Below are positions 63,804 through 64,000 of a DNA stretch of 64,000 bases, in pieces. The DNA comes from Candidatus Polarisedimenticolia bacterium (GTDB lineage Bacteria; Acidobacteriota; Polarisedimenticolia; JACPZX01; DASXTC01), in NCBI GenBank assembly GCA_050747525.1, contig JBOGOC010000060.1:69558-133557 (forward strand), written 5' to 3'. A model generated the notes under the pieces. That model did no database searches and was not told the origin of the DNA. It saw only the letters and a list, made by a program, of their open reading frames with translations. How positions within the stretch are numbered: the stretch's first letter is position 1; each line of letters starts with the position of its first letter. Position numbers and translations under genes: made by a program.

Positions 63804-64000
63804 CGGAGCGCGGCCTCCGTGGTGAGGGCGCCCAGCACGCCCGCGGCCTTGCGCCTGGTCTCGAGCGCCTCTGTTTCCGGATCGGAATCGAGCACCACGC
63901 CCGCTCCCGCGCGCACCCGGGCCAGGCCATCGGCCACGAGGGCGGAGCGGATCACGATCCCGGTGTCGAAGCCTCCGTCGGCCGTCAGGAACCCCACCGC
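63800..64000 (-). CDS. trpE: Anthranilate synthase component I (C-terminal fragment, continues beyond window)
   Basis: ...GFLTADGGFDTGIVIRSALVADGLARVRAGAGVVLDSDPETEALETRRKAAGVLGAL. Confidence 0.7.
   Translation of the reverse strand, partial: AVGFLTADGGFDTGIVIRSALVADGLARVRAGAGVVLDSDPETEALETRRKAAGVLGALTTEAALR

Noticed and set aside
1-64000. tRNA/rRNA genes
   Set aside because: No cloverleaf-compatible ~75-nt segments or rRNA-like conserved blocks were recognised by eye. Cannot be excluded without tRNAscan/Infernal.

Overview
High-GC (~68%) bacterial chromosomal window with dense, mostly overlapping-stop/start operons. Phylum cannot be assigned from sequence alone; ECF sigma pairs, an eukaryotic-type Ser/Thr kinase, TolB-like propellers and giant secreted proteins suggest an Acidobacteria/Gemmatimonadota/Myxococcota-like soil organism (inference).

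Main content, start to end:
- (1) minus-strand stressosome module RsbR-RsbS-RsbT plus an RsbX-like PP2C phosphatase (1-2091), divergent from
- (2) a Pel-like exopolysaccharide operon pelA-B-D-E-F-G (2511-10319). It lacks pelC, and its PelD homologue is truncated to TM+GAF (no GGDEF c-di-GMP receptor domain).
- (3) a ~2 kb low-GC island (about 10.35-12.45 kb) carrying a HEPN-motif-containing hypothetical protein and several gene fragments (REC fragment, Ig-like fragment).
- (4) a thioredoxin-like protein, a small Cys-rich secreted protein and an amidohydrolase.
- (5) a 1898-aa secreted metzincin/RCC1-repeat/beta-propeller giant protein next to a TPR-CHAT caspase-like protease and an ECF sigma/anti-sigma pair.
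- (6) a CCP/MauG-family di-haem peroxidase with an upstream Cys-rich secreted partner, and an AraC regulator.
- (7) a dispersed structured intergenic repeat family, two loci.
- (8) two CrtI-like FAD oxidoreductases, an aminomethyltransferase-family (GcvT/LigM-like) protein and a Rieske oxygenase.
- (9) an EPS/glycan-modification cluster (DUF3473 deacetylase, TPR-membrane GT39-like protein, methyltransferase, large membrane protein, FAD oxidoreductase) followed by a type IV minor-pilin cluster (FimT/PilV/PilW/PilX-like).
- (10) a PAS-GGDEF-EAL sensor.
- (11) a thioredoxin-fold (redoxin) gene interrupted by a single in-frame TGA exactly at the first Cys of the WCxxC motif, with a downstream hairpin. 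This is a candidate selenocysteine (UxxC) selenoprotein.
- (12) a GCKR/MurQ-like double-SIS protein, a Ser/Thr kinase with a TolB-like propeller, a second ECF sigma/anti-sigma pair, a nucleotidyltransferase module, and the trp operon (trpE'-G-D-CF-B-A).

Many long ORFs in the six-frame track are antisense artefacts of high GC and were rejected.
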